A stretch of 64,000 nucleotides of DNA, taken from contig CAWIIV010000008.1 of assembly GCA_963836205.1 (NCBI GenBank), forward strand, positions 169,831 to 233,830. The letters run 5' to 3'. The notes under the pieces are model-generated. The model worked only from the letters and a program-made list of their open reading frames with translations. It was not told the origin of the DNA and ran no database searches. The stretch's first letter is position 1. Each line of letters begins with the position of its first letter. This document shows, piece by piece, positions 1 to 9,920 of the stretch. The position numbers and the translations under genes were made by a program. The stretch is from an uncultured Acidimicrobiia bacterium. Its GTDB lineage: Bacteria; Actinomycetota; Acidimicrobiia; Acidimicrobiales; AC-14.

Positions 1-4
1 GGCC

Positions 5-970
5 GTGGTCGGGCCCAACGGCGCCGGGAAGTCGACCCTCCTACGGGCGTTGGCCGGCATCCAGTCCCTCGCCGGGGGCCGGGTGGTCCTCGACGGGCGG
101 GTGCTCGACGACGTGGCCTCCGGCGAGCACGTCCCGGCCGAGGATCGGTCGGTGGCGGTCGTGTTCCAGGACCACCTCCTGTTCGCCCACCTGAGCGCCC
201 TCGACAACATCGCCTTCGGCCTGCGCAGCCGGGGCGCGGCCAAGGCGGCCGCCAACCGCTCCGCTGCCGGCTGGCTCGAGCGCCTGGGCCTGGCCGACCA
301 CGCCGGCGCCCGTCCGGCGCAGCTGTCGGGAGGCCAGGCCCAGCGGGTGGCCCTGGCCCGGGCGCTGGCCACCGAGCCCCGCCTCCTCCTCCTCGACGAA
401 CCTCTCGCCGCCCTGGACGCCTCCACCCGCCCCGAGACCCGGCGGGAGCTGCGGCGGGTCCTGGAGTCCTACGACGGGGCCCGAGTGCTCGTCACCCACG
501 ATCCCCTGGAGGCGGGGGCGCTGGCGGAGCGGCTGGTGGTGGTCGAGGAGGGGCGGGTCGTGCAGACGGGCACGCCGGCCGAGATAAGCGCCCGCCCCCG
601 CAGCCGCTACGTGGCCGACCTGGTGGGCGTGAACCTGCTGCGGGGCACGGGCGCCGACGACCACGTCGACCTGCCCGGCGGCGCCGTCCTGGTCGCCCCC
701 GGCGCGGGACGGGGCGACGTGCTGGCCGTCGTCCACCCCAGGGCGGTGGCGCTCCACCGGCGACCGCCCGACGGCACCCCCCGCAACGTGTGGCCGGGCG
801 TGGCCCGCAGCCTCGACCGCGAGGGCGACCGGGTGCGGGTGGTCGTCAACGGACCGGTGCCCATCGTGGCCGAGGTCACCCCCGCCGCGGTCGACGAGCT
901 ACGCCTGGCCGAGGGGGGCGACGTGTGGGTGTCGGTGAAGGCGACCGAAGTGGTGGTCTACCCCGCCTAG
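5..970 (+). CDS. modC: Molybdate-type ABC transporter ATP-binding protein with C-terminal TOBE domain (5' end probably outside the window)
   Basis: Walker A GPNGAGKST, LSGGQ signature, LLLDEP, C-terminal AEVTPAAVDELRL..VWVSVKAT TOBE pattern. Confidence 0.85.
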   Translation: MVGPNGAGKSTLLRALAGIQSLAGGRVVLDGRVLDDVASGEHVPAEDRSVAVVFQDHLLFAHLSALDNIAFGLRSRGAAKAAANRSAAGWLERLGLADHAGARPAQLSGGQAQRVALARALATEPRLLLLDEPLAALDASTRPETRRELRRVLESYDGARVLVTHDPLEAGALAERLVVVEEGRVVQTGTPAEISARPRSRYVADLVGVNLLRGTGADDHVDLPGGAVLVAPGAGRGDVLAVVHPRAVALHRRPPDGTPRNVWPGVARSLDREGDRVRVVVNGPVPIVAEVTPAAVDELRLAEGGDVWVSVKATEVVVYPA

Positions 971-2367
971 GTCGGGGCCGACAGGGGGGCGAAGCGGGCG
1001 GTGAAGTGGCGCAGGTACGGCGGCTCCCACGTGATGCGGTAGCCGGGCACCTGGTCGCGGCGGGCACGGACGGCGGCGATCACCTCGGCCACGTAGTCGA
1101 CGTGGCTCTGGGTGTAGACCCGCCGGGGCAGGGCCAGCCGCACCAGCTCGTGCTGGGCCGCGTCCCCGAACATCACCGAGCCCACCTCGACCGCCCGCAC
1201 CCCGCCCACCCGGTACAGCTCGACCACGACCGCGTGGGCCGGGAACTGCTCCCGCGGGACGTGGGGCACGATCGACGCCGCGTCGAGGTAGACGGCGTGG
1301 CCGCCGGGCGGGCGCACCGTGTCCACGCCGGCCGCCCAGCAGCGCTGAGCCAGGTACTCGGCCGTCCGCACCCGGTAGCGGAGGTACTCGGGGTGGAGGA
1401 CCTCCTCCAGGCCGGTGGCGATGGCCTCCAGGTCACGGCCGGCCAGTCCCCCGTAGGTGGGGAAGCCCTCGGTGAGGATGAGCAGGGCCCGGCAGCGGGC
1501 GGCCAGGTCGTCGTCGCGCAGGGCGAGGAAGCCGCCGATGTTGGCCAGCCCGTCCTTCTTGGCGCTCATGGTGACGCCGTCGGCGTAGGAGAACAGCTCG
1601 TGGGCGACCTCGGTGGGGGTGCGGTCGGCGTAGCCGGGCTCCCGCTGGATGACGAACCAGCAGTTCTCGGCGAAGCGGGCGGCGTCGATGAACAGGGGCA
1701 CCTCGAAGCGGTCGCACAGCGCCCGCACCGCGCGCACGTTGGCCATCGAGACGGGCTGGCCGCCGATGGTGTTGTTGGTGACGGTGAGGAACACCATCGG
1801 GACGTCGAGCGCCCGCTCGGAGAGGAGCGCCTCCAGCCGGTCGAGGTCCATGTTGCCCTTGAACGGCGCCTCCGCCTGGGTGTCGCCCGCCTCCGGGCAT
1901 GGCAGGTCGAGGGCGATTCCACGGTCGTACTCGATGTTGGCCCGGGTGGTGTCGAAGTGGGTGTTGTTCGGGACGACGTCGCCCTTCTTCACCGTCTCCG
2001 CGAACAGGATGCGCTCGGCCGCCCGGCCCTGGTGGACAGGGATGACGTGGGCCAGCCCGGTGAGGCCGGTGACGGCGGCGGTGAAGCGCTCCCACGACTC
2101 GGCGCCGGCATAGGACTCGTCGCCCCGCATGATCCCGGCCCACTGCTCGGCCGACATGGCGCCGGTGCCGGAGTCGGTGAGGAGGTCGATCATCACCTCG
2201 CTGGCCGCCAGCCCGAACACGTTGTAGCCGGTGCGGACGAGGGCCAGCTCGCGGTCGGCGCGGGTCGTGAAGTGCAACGGCTCGACCGCCTTGATGCGGA
2301 ACGGCTCGAAGATCGTGCTCCACCCGGCCCCACCGGGACCGTCGCCGGGACGGGCGTCGTCGGTCAC
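967..2367 (-). CDS. tnaA: Tryptophanase (beta-eliminating PLP lyase)
   Basis: EPFRIKAVE, IDLLTDSGT, HQGRAAE, SAKKD PLP-lysine motif (tyrosine phenol-lyase has SGKKD), LRHFTARF; GTG start chosen at 2367. Confidence 0.85.
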   Translation of the reverse strand: MTDDARPGDGPGGAGWSTIFEPFRIKAVEPLHFTTRADRELALVRTGYNVFGLAASEVMIDLLTDSGTGAMSAEQWAGIMRGDESYAGAESWERFTAAVTGLTGLAHVIPVHQGRAAERILFAETVKKGDVVPNNTHFDTTRANIEYDRGIALDLPCPEAGDTQAEAPFKGNMDLDRLEALLSERALDVPMVFLTVTNNTIGGQPVSMANVRAVRALCDRFEVPLFIDAARFAENCWFVIQREPGYADRTPTEVAHELFSYADGVTMSAKKDGLANIGGFLALRDDDLAARCRALLILTEGFPTYGGLAGRDLEAIATGLEEVLHPEYLRYRVRTAEYLAQRCWAAGVDTVRPPGGHAVYLDAASIVPHVPREQFPAHAVVVELYRVGGVRAVEVGSVMFGDAAQHELVRLALPRRVYTQSHVDYVAEVIAAVRARRDQVPGYRITWEPPYLRHFTARFAPLSAPT

Positions 2368-2377
2368 CGGCTGCCCC

Positions 2378-2610
2378 AACCGGTGACGCTTTCGGTCCTG
2401 TGGCGACCAAAACCGTCACCGGTTCGAGGGCGGTGCCAACTGGTGACGCTTTCAGGCCGGTGGCGACCGAAACCGTCACCGGTTCGAGGGCGGTGCCAAC
2501 TGGTGACGCTTTCGGTCCTGTGGCGACCAAAACCGTCACCGGTTCGAGGGCGGTGCCAACTGGTGACGCTTTCGGTCCTGTGGCGACCGAAACCGTCACC
2601 GGTTCGAGGG
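2378..2610. repeat. Tandem array of four ~60-bp palindromic REP-like units
   Basis: Units start at 2378, 2438, 2498, 2558: AAC(C/T)GGTGACG-CTTTCGGTC..GACC(A/G)AAA-CCGTCACCGGTT followed by the constant linker CGAGGGCGGTGCC. Confidence 0.95.
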
Positions 2611-2635
2611 GGGTCGGTCCCGGCCCCCGGTGCCG

Positions 2636-5011
2636 TCATCGGTACCCTGCCGGGGGCTCGACCCGGAGGATCGAGCCCGGCTCGCGGCCGGCGGGCTGGG
2701 CCGGGCGGGGCCGGGGGGCGATGGCCGGCACCTTGCGTTCGACCGGTTGGCCGATGGTCACGACCAGCTCCTCCCCGTGATGGGCGACCTCGAGCGGGTC
2801 TCCCTCCAGGAGAACGTAGGTCGCCACCGTCGGGGTGATCTCCACCCGCAGGCGCCGGCCCCGCACCGCCAGCCGGAAGGCGATGCGGCTGAGCTGCTCG
2901 GGCAGGCGGGGGGCGAAGCACAGCCGGCCCCCGTGGTCGCGCAGGCCGCCGAAGCCGCACACCACCGCCGACCAGGTGCCGGCCAGGGCGGCCAGGTGGA
3001 GCCCGTCGCGGGTGTTGTTCCCCAGGTCCCGGAGGTCGATGAGGGCCGTCTCCCGCAGGTACTCGAAGGCCAGGCCGAGATGGCCCACCTCGGCCGCCAT
3101 CACCGCCTGGGTGCACGCCGACAACGACGAGTCCCGCACCGTCAGCCGCTCGTAGTAGTCGAAGTTCCGGGCCTTCTCCGCGGGCGTGAAGGCGTCGCCC
3201 CGCAGGTGGAGGGCGAGGACGAGGTCGGCCTGCTTCACCACCTGCTTCCGGTAGAGGTCGAAGTACGGGTAGTGGAGGAAGAGCGGGTAGCGGTCGGACG
3301 GGGTCGCCTCGAAGTCCCACGCCTGGTGGTCGGTGAAGCCGTCGGCCTGGGGATGCACGCCCAGGACGGCGTCGTAGGGGACGACCATGGCCGTGGCCGC
3401 GTCCCGCCACGACACCAGCTCCTGGTCGTCGACGCCGTGGGCCGTGGCTTCGGCCGGGTGGCGGGCGGCAACGGTGGCGGCGGCCTCCAGATTCCGCTGG
3501 GCCATGAGGTTGGTGTAGACGTTGTTGTCGGCGACGGCGCTGTACTCGTCGGGACCGGTGACCCCGTCGATCCGGAACCGGCCCCGGTGGTCGTGGTGGC
3601 CGAGCGACCGCCACAGCCGAGCCGTGGCCACCAGCAGGTCGAGGCCGACGGTGCGCTCGAACTCCCAGTCGCCGGTGGCATCGACGTAGCGGATGGCGGC
3701 GGCGGCGATGTCGGCGTTGACGTGGAAGGCGGCGGTGCCCGCCGGCCAGTAGGCCGAGCACTCCTCGCCCGCGATCGTGCGCCAGGGGAACGCCGCGCCC
3801 TTCAGGCCCAGCTGGGCGGCCCGCTCGACGGCCAGGGGCAGCGTGTCCCGCCGCCATCCGAGGGCGTCGGCCACCGCCCGGGGGACCGTGTAGGTGAGGA
3901 CGGGAAGGACGAAGACCTCGGTGTCCCAGAACGAGTGGCCGTCGTAGCCGGGCCCGGTGAGGCCCTTGGCCGGGATGGCCCGCCGCTCGGCCCGCGCCCC
4001 CGCCTGCAGGACCTGGAACAGGGCGAAGCGCACCGCCTGCTGCACACCGGGGTCGCCGTCGACCTCCACGTCGGCCCGGCCCCAGAAGTCGTCGAGGAAC
4101 GCCCGCTGTTCGGCGACCAGGCCGTCCCACCCCGCCTGGCGGGCGGCGAGGAGGGCGGCAGCCACCTGGTCCCGCAGGGCCGGCACCGAACGCAGCCCCG
4201 ACCAGCCGTAGACCACGAACTTCACGATCCGCAGCCGCTGCCCCGGCTGCAAGGTCGTCGTCACCGACACCCGGCCGATGTCGGGGAAGCTCTCGGACTC
4301 GACGTCGAGGCCGTCGGCCGGGCCCTCGACGAGGTGGTCCATCCCGGCCGCCACCCGGATGCGGCTGGCCCTGGTGGTGTGGAGAAGGATGACGCGGCGC
4401 CCGTCGGCGGAGTGCTCGTCGGTGACGAGGGGGGCGTCGATGGCGGCCGCCACCCGGGGGTCGCCGGAGCGGGTGGGCACCGACTCGTTGGCCACCAGCT
4501 CCGACTGCACCACGACCCGCGCCGGCTCGCCGACCGCCTCGACGGTGTAGCTGATGGCGGCCACCGACCGCTGGGTGAGCGAGACCAGCCGCTCCGACGA
4601 CACCCGCACCACCTGGCCCGCGGGTGAAACCCACTCGACGTCCCGGGTGAGGGTGCCGGCCCGCAGGTCGAGCGCCCGCTGATGCGACCGGACGACGCCG
4701 TAGCGGACGTCGAAGGGTTCGTCGTCGACCAGCAGCCGCAGGAGCTTGCCGTTGGTGACGTTGATCACCGTCTGCCCCGCCTCGGGATAGCCGTAGCCGG
4801 CCTCGGCATGGGGCAGGGGCCGCCGCTCGTAGACCCCGTTGAGGTAGGTACCGGGCGTCCCGAAGGGCTCACCCTCGTCGAGGTTGCCCCGCAGCCCGAT
4901 GTGGCCGTTGGACAGGGCGAACACCGACTCGCTCTGGCTGAGGAGGTCGAGGCGCAGCTCGATCTCCCGTACGCACCACGGCTCGACGACGTACGCCGGC
5001 TCGGTGATCAC
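2636..5011 (-). CDS. Glycoside hydrolase family 65 (trehalose/maltose/kojibiose phosphorylase-like)
   Basis: ESVFALSNGHIGLRG, KGLTGPGYDGHSFWDTE, GVTGPDEY, VVKQADLVL, DSSLS; GTG at 5011 overlaps the upstream TGA (GTGA). Confidence 0.92.
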   Translation of the reverse strand: MITEPAYVVEPWCVREIELRLDLLSQSESVFALSNGHIGLRGNLDEGEPFGTPGTYLNGVYERRPLPHAEAGYGYPEAGQTVINVTNGKLLRLLVDDEPFDVRYGVVRSHQRALDLRAGTLTRDVEWVSPAGQVVRVSSERLVSLTQRSVAAISYTVEAVGEPARVVVQSELVANESVPTRSGDPRVAAAIDAPLVTDEHSADGRRVILLHTTRASRIRVAAGMDHLVEGPADGLDVESESFPDIGRVSVTTTLQPGQRLRIVKFVVYGWSGLRSVPALRDQVAAALLAARQAGWDGLVAEQRAFLDDFWGRADVEVDGDPGVQQAVRFALFQVLQAGARAERRAIPAKGLTGPGYDGHSFWDTEVFVLPVLTYTVPRAVADALGWRRDTLPLAVERAAQLGLKGAAFPWRTIAGEECSAYWPAGTAAFHVNADIAAAAIRYVDATGDWEFERTVGLDLLVATARLWRSLGHHDHRGRFRIDGVTGPDEYSAVADNNVYTNLMAQRNLEAAATVAARHPAEATAHGVDDQELVSWRDAATAMVVPYDAVLGVHPQADGFTDHQAWDFEATPSDRYPLFLHYPYFDLYRKQVVKQADLVLALHLRGDAFTPAEKARNFDYYERLTVRDSSLSACTQAVMAAEVGHLGLAFEYLRETALIDLRDLGNNTRDGLHLAALAGTWSAVVCGFGGLRDHGGRLCFAPRLPEQLSRIAFRLAVRGRRLRVEITPTVATYVLLEGDPLEVAHHGEELVVTIGQPVERKVPAIAPRPRPAQPAGREPGSILRVEPPAGYR

Positions 5012-5742
5012 CGCCCGATCTCCCTGGGGCCGAGCAGCTCGCTCAGGTCCTGGACCACGACGTCGGCCCCGTGGGCGAGGAGGGCGTCGGCCCGCCCGAC
5101 CCGGTCGACGCCGACGACCCACCGGAACCGGCCGGCCCGGCCCGCCTCCACCCCGGCCAGGGCGTCCTCGAATACGGCTGCCTGACCGAGACCGGCGCCG
5201 GCCATCTCCGCTCCGGCCACGAACGTGTCGGGCGCGGGCTTGCCCCGCAGATGACGTTGCTCGGCCACGATCCCGTCGATGTACCCGTCGACCAGATCGA
5301 TGAGTCCGGCCGCGACCAGCACGTCGCGGCAGTTGGTGCTGGAGGACACCACCACCCGGGCCAGCCCCGCCTCCTGCGCCCGCCGGAGGTACTCCACCGA
5401 TCCCGGGTAGGCCTGCACTCCTCCCTCCCGGATCAGGCGGAGGACGATCTCGTTCTTCCGGCGGCCCAGCTCCCGCACGTCGTCGTCGGACAGGGTGATC
5501 CCCCGGGAGGCGAGGAAGTCGCGGGTGCCGTCGTCTCGGGGCTTGCCGTCGACGTAGGTGACGTAGTCGGGATCGACCTCGAACGGCCGGAAGGGTTCGC
5601 CGGTGCGGGCCGCCCGCTCGCGGAGGTAGCCGTCGAACATCGCCTTCCACGCCGCGGCGTGGACCTTGGCCGTGCTCGTGAGCACGCCGTCGAGGTCGAA
5701 CAGGCAGGCCCGGACGTCGTCCGGCAGGCCGAGGCCGAGCAC
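5008..5742 (-). CDS. Beta-phosphoglucomutase-family HAD hydrolase
   Basis: FDLDGVLTST, GKPAPD, VFEDALAGVEAG; typical partner of GH65 genes. Confidence 0.9.
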   Translation of the reverse strand: MLGLGLPDDVRACLFDLDGVLTSTAKVHAAAWKAMFDGYLRERAARTGEPFRPFEVDPDYVTYVDGKPRDDGTRDFLASRGITLSDDDVRELGRRKNEIVLRLIREGGVQAYPGSVEYLRRAQEAGLARVVVSSSTNCRDVLVAAGLIDLVDGYIDGIVAEQRHLRGKPAPDTFVAGAEMAGAGLGQAAVFEDALAGVEAGRAGRFRWVVGVDRVGRADALLAHGADVVVQDLSELLGPREIGR

Positions 5743-5783
5743 CGCCGCCAGCCTACGACGCCCGGACCCTGGCCCTGGCCCTG

Positions 5784-5844
5784 GGCCTCGAACCGGTGAC
5801 GCTTTCGGTCGTCAGGCGACCGAATCTGTCACCGGTTCGAGGCC
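5784..5844. repeat. Single REP-like palindrome
   Basis: 17-bp perfect arms GGCCTCGAACCGGTGAC / GTCACCGGTTCGAGGCC; same family as the 2378 array. Confidence 0.9.
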
Positions 5845-5849
5845 GCCGC

Positions 5850-6020
5850 TCAGATCAGGAGGACCGCGATGATGGCGACGATGGCGAGCAGGGCCAGCAC
5901 CCGCACCGGCCAGCCGTACCGGCTCGGGCCCCCGTCGTCGAGCCCGTCGTCGTCGTACCACTCCGACCACAGGTCGGGGTCGTTGGGATCGGGGGCGACG
6001 GGCCCGACCGGGGTCGGCAC
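5850..6020 (-). CDS. Small acidic membrane-anchored hypothetical protein (~56 aa)
   Basis: GTG 3 nt after the MMPL stop; acidic N-terminus then hydrophobic C-terminal helix VLALLAIVAIIAVLLI. Confidence 0.55.
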   Translation of the reverse strand: MPTPVGPVAPDPNDPDLWSEWYDDDGLDDGGPSRYGWPVRVLALLAIVAIIAVLLI

Positions 6021-6022
6021 GG

Positions 6023-8347
6023 CTACCGGCCGGTGGTGGTGGGCACCCGCCGGTCGGGGCTGTCGGCTGCCTCCCGGCCTTCGACGGCCACGTCGGGCAG
6101 CAGCTTGTCGAGCCAGCGGGGCAGCCACCAGTTCTTGTCTCCTAGCAGCTCCATGGTGGCGGGCACGAGGAGGAGGCGGACGATGGTGGCGTCGAGCAGC
6201 ACCGCTCCCGCCAGGCCGATGCCGAAGAGCTTGATGACCCGGTCGTTCTCCAGCAGGAAGCTGCCGAAGACGAAGACCATGATCAGGGCGGCGGCGGTGA
6301 TCACCCGGGCGGTGGCGGCCAGGCCGTCGGCCACCGACTCCCGGCTGTCACCCGAGTGCTTCCACGCCTCCCGGATCCGGGACAGGAGGAACACCTCGTA
6401 GTCCATCGACAGGCCGAAGACGATGGCGAAGAGCATCATCGGCACGAACGGCTCGATGGGCGCCTTGTCGAGATTGAGGATCGACGCCCCCCAGCCCCAC
6501 TGGAAGATGGCCACCACCACGCCGAAGGCGGCGCCCAGCGACAGCAGGTTCATGATCACCGCCTTGAGCGGCACCAGCACCGATCGGAAGACGGTCATCA
6601 GCAGGAGGAACGACAGCCCCAGCACGGCGGCGAAGAACAGGGGCATGCGGGCGGTCATGTAGTCGGAGAAGTCGACCAGGATGGCGACCGTGCCGGTGAC
6701 GGAGACGTCGAGCCCGGTCCCCTCGACGGCCGGTGGCAGGACGCCGTCGCGCAGGGTCGAGACCAGCTCGGTGGTGGCCTCGTCCTGAGGTGAGGTCGAC
6801 GGCACCACCCGCCACAGGGCGGCGGTGGGGTTGTCGGGGTCGTTGAGGACGGCCGGGCTGGCGAAGGCGACACCGGGTGCCCCCGTCAAGGCGTCGGTGA
6901 CTCGCTGCAGGGTCGCGTCCGAGGTGCCGGGCGGCACCTCGGAGACCACCATCATGGTGCCGTTGAAGCCGGGGCCGAAGCCCTCCGCCAGCAGGTCGTA
7001 GGCCTTGCGGGTGGTGGTCTCCTCGGCGTAGTTGCCCTCGTCGGAGAAGCCCAGCCGGAGCCCGAACACGGGCAGGGCGAGAAGGATGAGCACGGCCACC
7101 GCGATCAGCGCCGAGGGCCACGGGTGGTGCTGGATCAGCCGGCTCCAGCGGTAGGCGAGGGTCTCGTTCCGGGGCTTGGGAGCGGGCCGGGGCACCGGCT
7201 GGCGCAGCGGCCGGACGGCGAGGCTGGCCAGCATGACGATCGCGGCCAGCGGCAGGCAGACGGCGAACAGGGCGGGGATCTTGAGGCCCAGGCCCAGCAG
7301 GCCCACCGCCAGCAGGCTGGCCCCGATGAGGCCTCGCCAACGGGTGAGCTCGACCCGTCCCCCGGCGAAGCCGAGCAGGGCGGGCAGGAGGGTCAGAGCC
7401 GCCACCATGGTCATGAAGACGACGAGGGCGGCGCCGATGGCCAGGCCCGACACGAAGCTGATCTGCATCACCAGCATGCCGAGCAGCGAGATGACCACGG
7501 TGGTGCCGGCGAAGGCGACCGACCGTCCGGCGGTGTCGATCGACTGGCGCACCGCGGGCCCGATGTCGTCGCCCGCATGGAGCTGCTCCCGGAACCGGGT
7601 GACGATGAACAGGGCGTAGTCGATGCCCACGCCGAGGCCGATCATCAGGCCCAGCTGGGTGGCGAAGTCGGGGATGGTGATGAAGTTGGAGAACAGGCCC
7701 ACGGTGATGGTGCCGAAGCTGATCCCCGCCAGGGCGACGGCGATGGGCAGGCCCATGGCCAGGACCGACCCGAAGGCGAGCACGAGGATGACCATGGCGA
7801 AGGCCACGCCCAGCAGCTCGGACGAGGGAGGCTCGAACTCGCCGAAGATGGCCCCGCCGAGCTCGATCTGGAGGCCCGCCTGCTCGGGCATCACCTCGTT
7901 GATGTCCTTGGTGATGGCCTGGGCGGTCTCGAAGGTGACCTCGGGGTCGAGCTCGACCACGGCGTAGCCGATGTCGCCCGGGTGCTCGGCGGTGTCGGAG
8001 ATCTGGTTCGACCCGTCCTCCGAGTAGGGGCTCACCACCCGGGCCACGCCGTCGACCTCGGCCACCTGGGCGAGGAACGACTCCATGGTGGTCCGCACCT
8101 GGGGGTCTTCCACGCCCGCGTCGGACCGGAAGACGACGGTGCCGCTCTCACCCGTGCCCTGGCCGCCGAAGTGCTCCTCGAGGACCTCGAAGCCCTGGCG
8201 GCTCTCGACGTCGGGCAGGTTGAAGTCGGCCCGGTAGGCGGTGCCGAGGGAGCTGAGGATGCCGCCGGCCACGAAGAGGCCGAGCACCCATCCGATTACG
8301 ACGATGCGGCGGTGATCGTGGCACCAACCACCAAGGCGTCCGAACAC
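6023..8347 (-). CDS. MMPL (RND-superfamily) transporter
   Basis: GLGVGIDYALFIVTRFRE and FGLSMDYEVFLLSRIRE repeats; many TM helices. Confidence 0.93.
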   Translation of the reverse strand: MFGRLGGWCHDHRRIVVIGWVLGLFVAGGILSSLGTAYRADFNLPDVESRQGFEVLEEHFGGQGTGESGTVVFRSDAGVEDPQVRTTMESFLAQVAEVDGVARVVSPYSEDGSNQISDTAEHPGDIGYAVVELDPEVTFETAQAITKDINEVMPEQAGLQIELGGAIFGEFEPPSSELLGVAFAMVILVLAFGSVLAMGLPIAVALAGISFGTITVGLFSNFITIPDFATQLGLMIGLGVGIDYALFIVTRFREQLHAGDDIGPAVRQSIDTAGRSVAFAGTTVVISLLGMLVMQISFVSGLAIGAALVVFMTMVAALTLLPALLGFAGGRVELTRWRGLIGASLLAVGLLGLGLKIPALFAVCLPLAAIVMLASLAVRPLRQPVPRPAPKPRNETLAYRWSRLIQHHPWPSALIAVAVLILLALPVFGLRLGFSDEGNYAEETTTRKAYDLLAEGFGPGFNGTMMVVSEVPPGTSDATLQRVTDALTGAPGVAFASPAVLNDPDNPTAALWRVVPSTSPQDEATTELVSTLRDGVLPPAVEGTGLDVSVTGTVAILVDFSDYMTARMPLFFAAVLGLSFLLLMTVFRSVLVPLKAVIMNLLSLGAAFGVVVAIFQWGWGASILNLDKAPIEPFVPMMLFAIVFGLSMDYEVFLLSRIREAWKHSGDSRESVADGLAATARVITAAALIMVFVFGSFLLENDRVIKLFGIGLAGAVLLDATIVRLLLVPATMELLGDKNWWLPRWLDKLLPDVAVEGREAADSPDRRVPTTTGR

Positions 8348-8459
8348 GTGGCTTCCTCCTCGAGACGGGGGGCGTCGGCGCCCATGCTACGGAACGCAGG
8401 CGCGTTATGTGAACAGGATTAGGGAACGGCGGACCGGACGGGCCTGTCCAGGGAAAATG

Positions 8460-8533
8460 TGGGCGCTGAGGGACTCGAACCCCCGACCCCCGGCTTGTAA
8501 GGCCGGTGCTCTGACCAACTGAGCTAAGCGCCC
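8460..8533 (-). tRNA. tRNA-Val(TAC)
   Basis: Reverse complement GGGCGCTTAGCTCAGTTGGTCAGAGCACCGGC-CTTACAA-GCCGG..GGTTCGAGTCCC..AGCGCCCA forms a cloverleaf. Confidence 0.97.
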
Positions 8534-8564
8534 GCAGCGGGTGCCAGCCTACGGGCGGGGCGGC

Positions 8565-9080
8565 CTACTCGCTCCCGGTGGCCGGGCGGTTGGCCCGGGC
8601 CAGCTCCACGAGGGCAGTGGTGGCCTCCGGCAGCAGGATCGGCAGCGCGTTGGGAGCGAACCACCGCACCTCCACGATCTCCGGCGACGCCGGGGTCGGC
8701 GGTGGCGGATCGGATTCGTCGCCGGGCAGCCGGCCCCGGTAGACGACGTCGACCCGCCGGTGGCCGGAGTCGACCACCACCATGGGGGCGTCGTCGACCT
8801 CCACCTCCACGCCGAGCTCCTCCCGCACCTCCCGACGGACGGCGTCGGCCGGCTGCTCCCCCCGCTTCAAGAGGCCGCCGGGGAACCCCCAGGCTTCCTT
8901 GCGGCGGTAGGACTGGCGCAGCAGGAGCAGGGCGCCGTCGGCCCGCTCGATCACGCAGAGGGCGCCGACGTGGAACGACGGGGTCAGGGTGCGCACGACC
9001 AGGAGTCGACCCGCGAGAGGGAGCCGGCGGTAGACGCCCAGGAGCGCCGTCTGGACCCGCTGCCGGGCTGCGGGCAGCAC
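8565..9080 (-). CDS. NUDIX hydrolase
   Basis: Nudix box GGLLKRGEQPADAVRREVREELG; GTG start at 9080. Confidence 0.85.
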   Translation of the reverse strand: MLPAARQRVQTALLGVYRRLPLAGRLLVVRTLTPSFHVGALCVIERADGALLLLRQSYRRKEAWGFPGGLLKRGEQPADAVRREVREELGVEVEVDDAPMVVVDSGHRRVDVVYRGRLPGDESDPPPPTPASPEIVEVRWFAPNALPILLPEATTALVELARANRPATGSE

Positions 9081-9085
9081 GAGGC

Positions 9086-9832
9086 TCAGCGGAGCCCGGC
9101 GCGGGCCTCGAGCGCCTCCGCCAGCAGCTTCTCGGTGGCGGCCGCCACGGGCGTGCGCCGTTCTGTCAGGCCCAGTGTGACCAGCTCCCGGCCCTCGGCG
9201 TCGGCCACCAGCCCCCCCGCCTCCCGGCACACGAGGACACCCCCCAGGTAGTCCCAGGGGGCGCAGGAGTGGTCGCTGCAGTCGATGTAGGCGTCGAGCA
9301 GGCCGGCGCCGACTGCGCAGATGTCGAGGGCGGCCGCCCCGAGGGCCCGGAACTGGCGCCAGCCGAGGTACGCCGCGGGCCAGCCGTTGAGCCCGACGAC
9401 GGCGTCGCCCATGGTGGTGCAGCCGGTGCTGTGGAGCGGACGGCCGTTGCACGTGGCTCCCGAGCCCCGCAGCGCCTCGAACCGGTCGCCGGTGGCCTGG
9501 TTGACGACCACCGCCGCCCGCACACCGGCGGTGTCGACCGCGGCCAGGCTGGTGGCGTACCAGGGCAGCCTGCGGGACGCGTTGGTCGATCCGTCGACCG
9601 GGTCGAGGGCCACCATGACCGGCCGGTCGGGGTGATGCAGGCCGGTCTCCTCGGAGAGCACGCCCAGGCCCGCCCCCACCAGGATCGCCACCGCCACCTC
9701 GTCCGCCGCCAGGTCGCTGAAGTACTGGCCGGGGCGCGTGCCGGCCGGGCCCCAGTCGTCGAGGGCCTCGAGGGCGGCGTGGACCGCGGTCGCCGCCTCG
9801 TTGAGGACGGCGATGAGGCGGTCGTCGGTCAT
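9086..9832 (-). CDS. Inositol monophosphatase family protein
   Basis: LSEE, LDPVDGSTN, RALGAAALD, PWDYLGG. Confidence 0.9.
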   Translation of the reverse strand: MTDDRLIAVLNEAATAVHAALEALDDWGPAGTRPGQYFSDLAADEVAVAILVGAGLGVLSEETGLHHPDRPVMVALDPVDGSTNASRRLPWYATSLAAVDTAGVRAAVVVNQATGDRFEALRGSGATCNGRPLHSTGCTTMGDAVVGLNGWPAAYLGWRQFRALGAAALDICAVGAGLLDAYIDCSDHSCAPWDYLGGVLVCREAGGLVADAEGRELVTLGLTERRTPVAAATEKLLAEALEARAGLR

Positions 9833-9920
9833 CGTCCGAACCTACCCGCCGAGTCCGGCGCCACCGCCTACGCTCGTCAAGAGTTACTGCAACATCTATT
9901 GGCCCGGAGGAGGTGGACGG

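Noticed and set aside
2378-2610. CRISPR array
   Set aside because: Linkers are identical rather than unique spacers, single copies are scattered elsewhere, and there are no cas genes
2368-2635. TnaC-like leader peptide for tryptophanase
   Set aside because: The interval is filled by the repeat array; no short ORF with the W..D..P arrest pattern or an RBS
790-2838. Long alternative ORFs (also 2630-4627, 26460-29681, 33382-36201, 57497-60178 and others)
   Set aside because: Shadow frames of high-GC genes with Arg/Gly/Pro-rich or antisense composition and no motifs
8460-8533. Integration site at tRNA-Val
   Set aside because: No duplicated 3' end or integrase seen downstream
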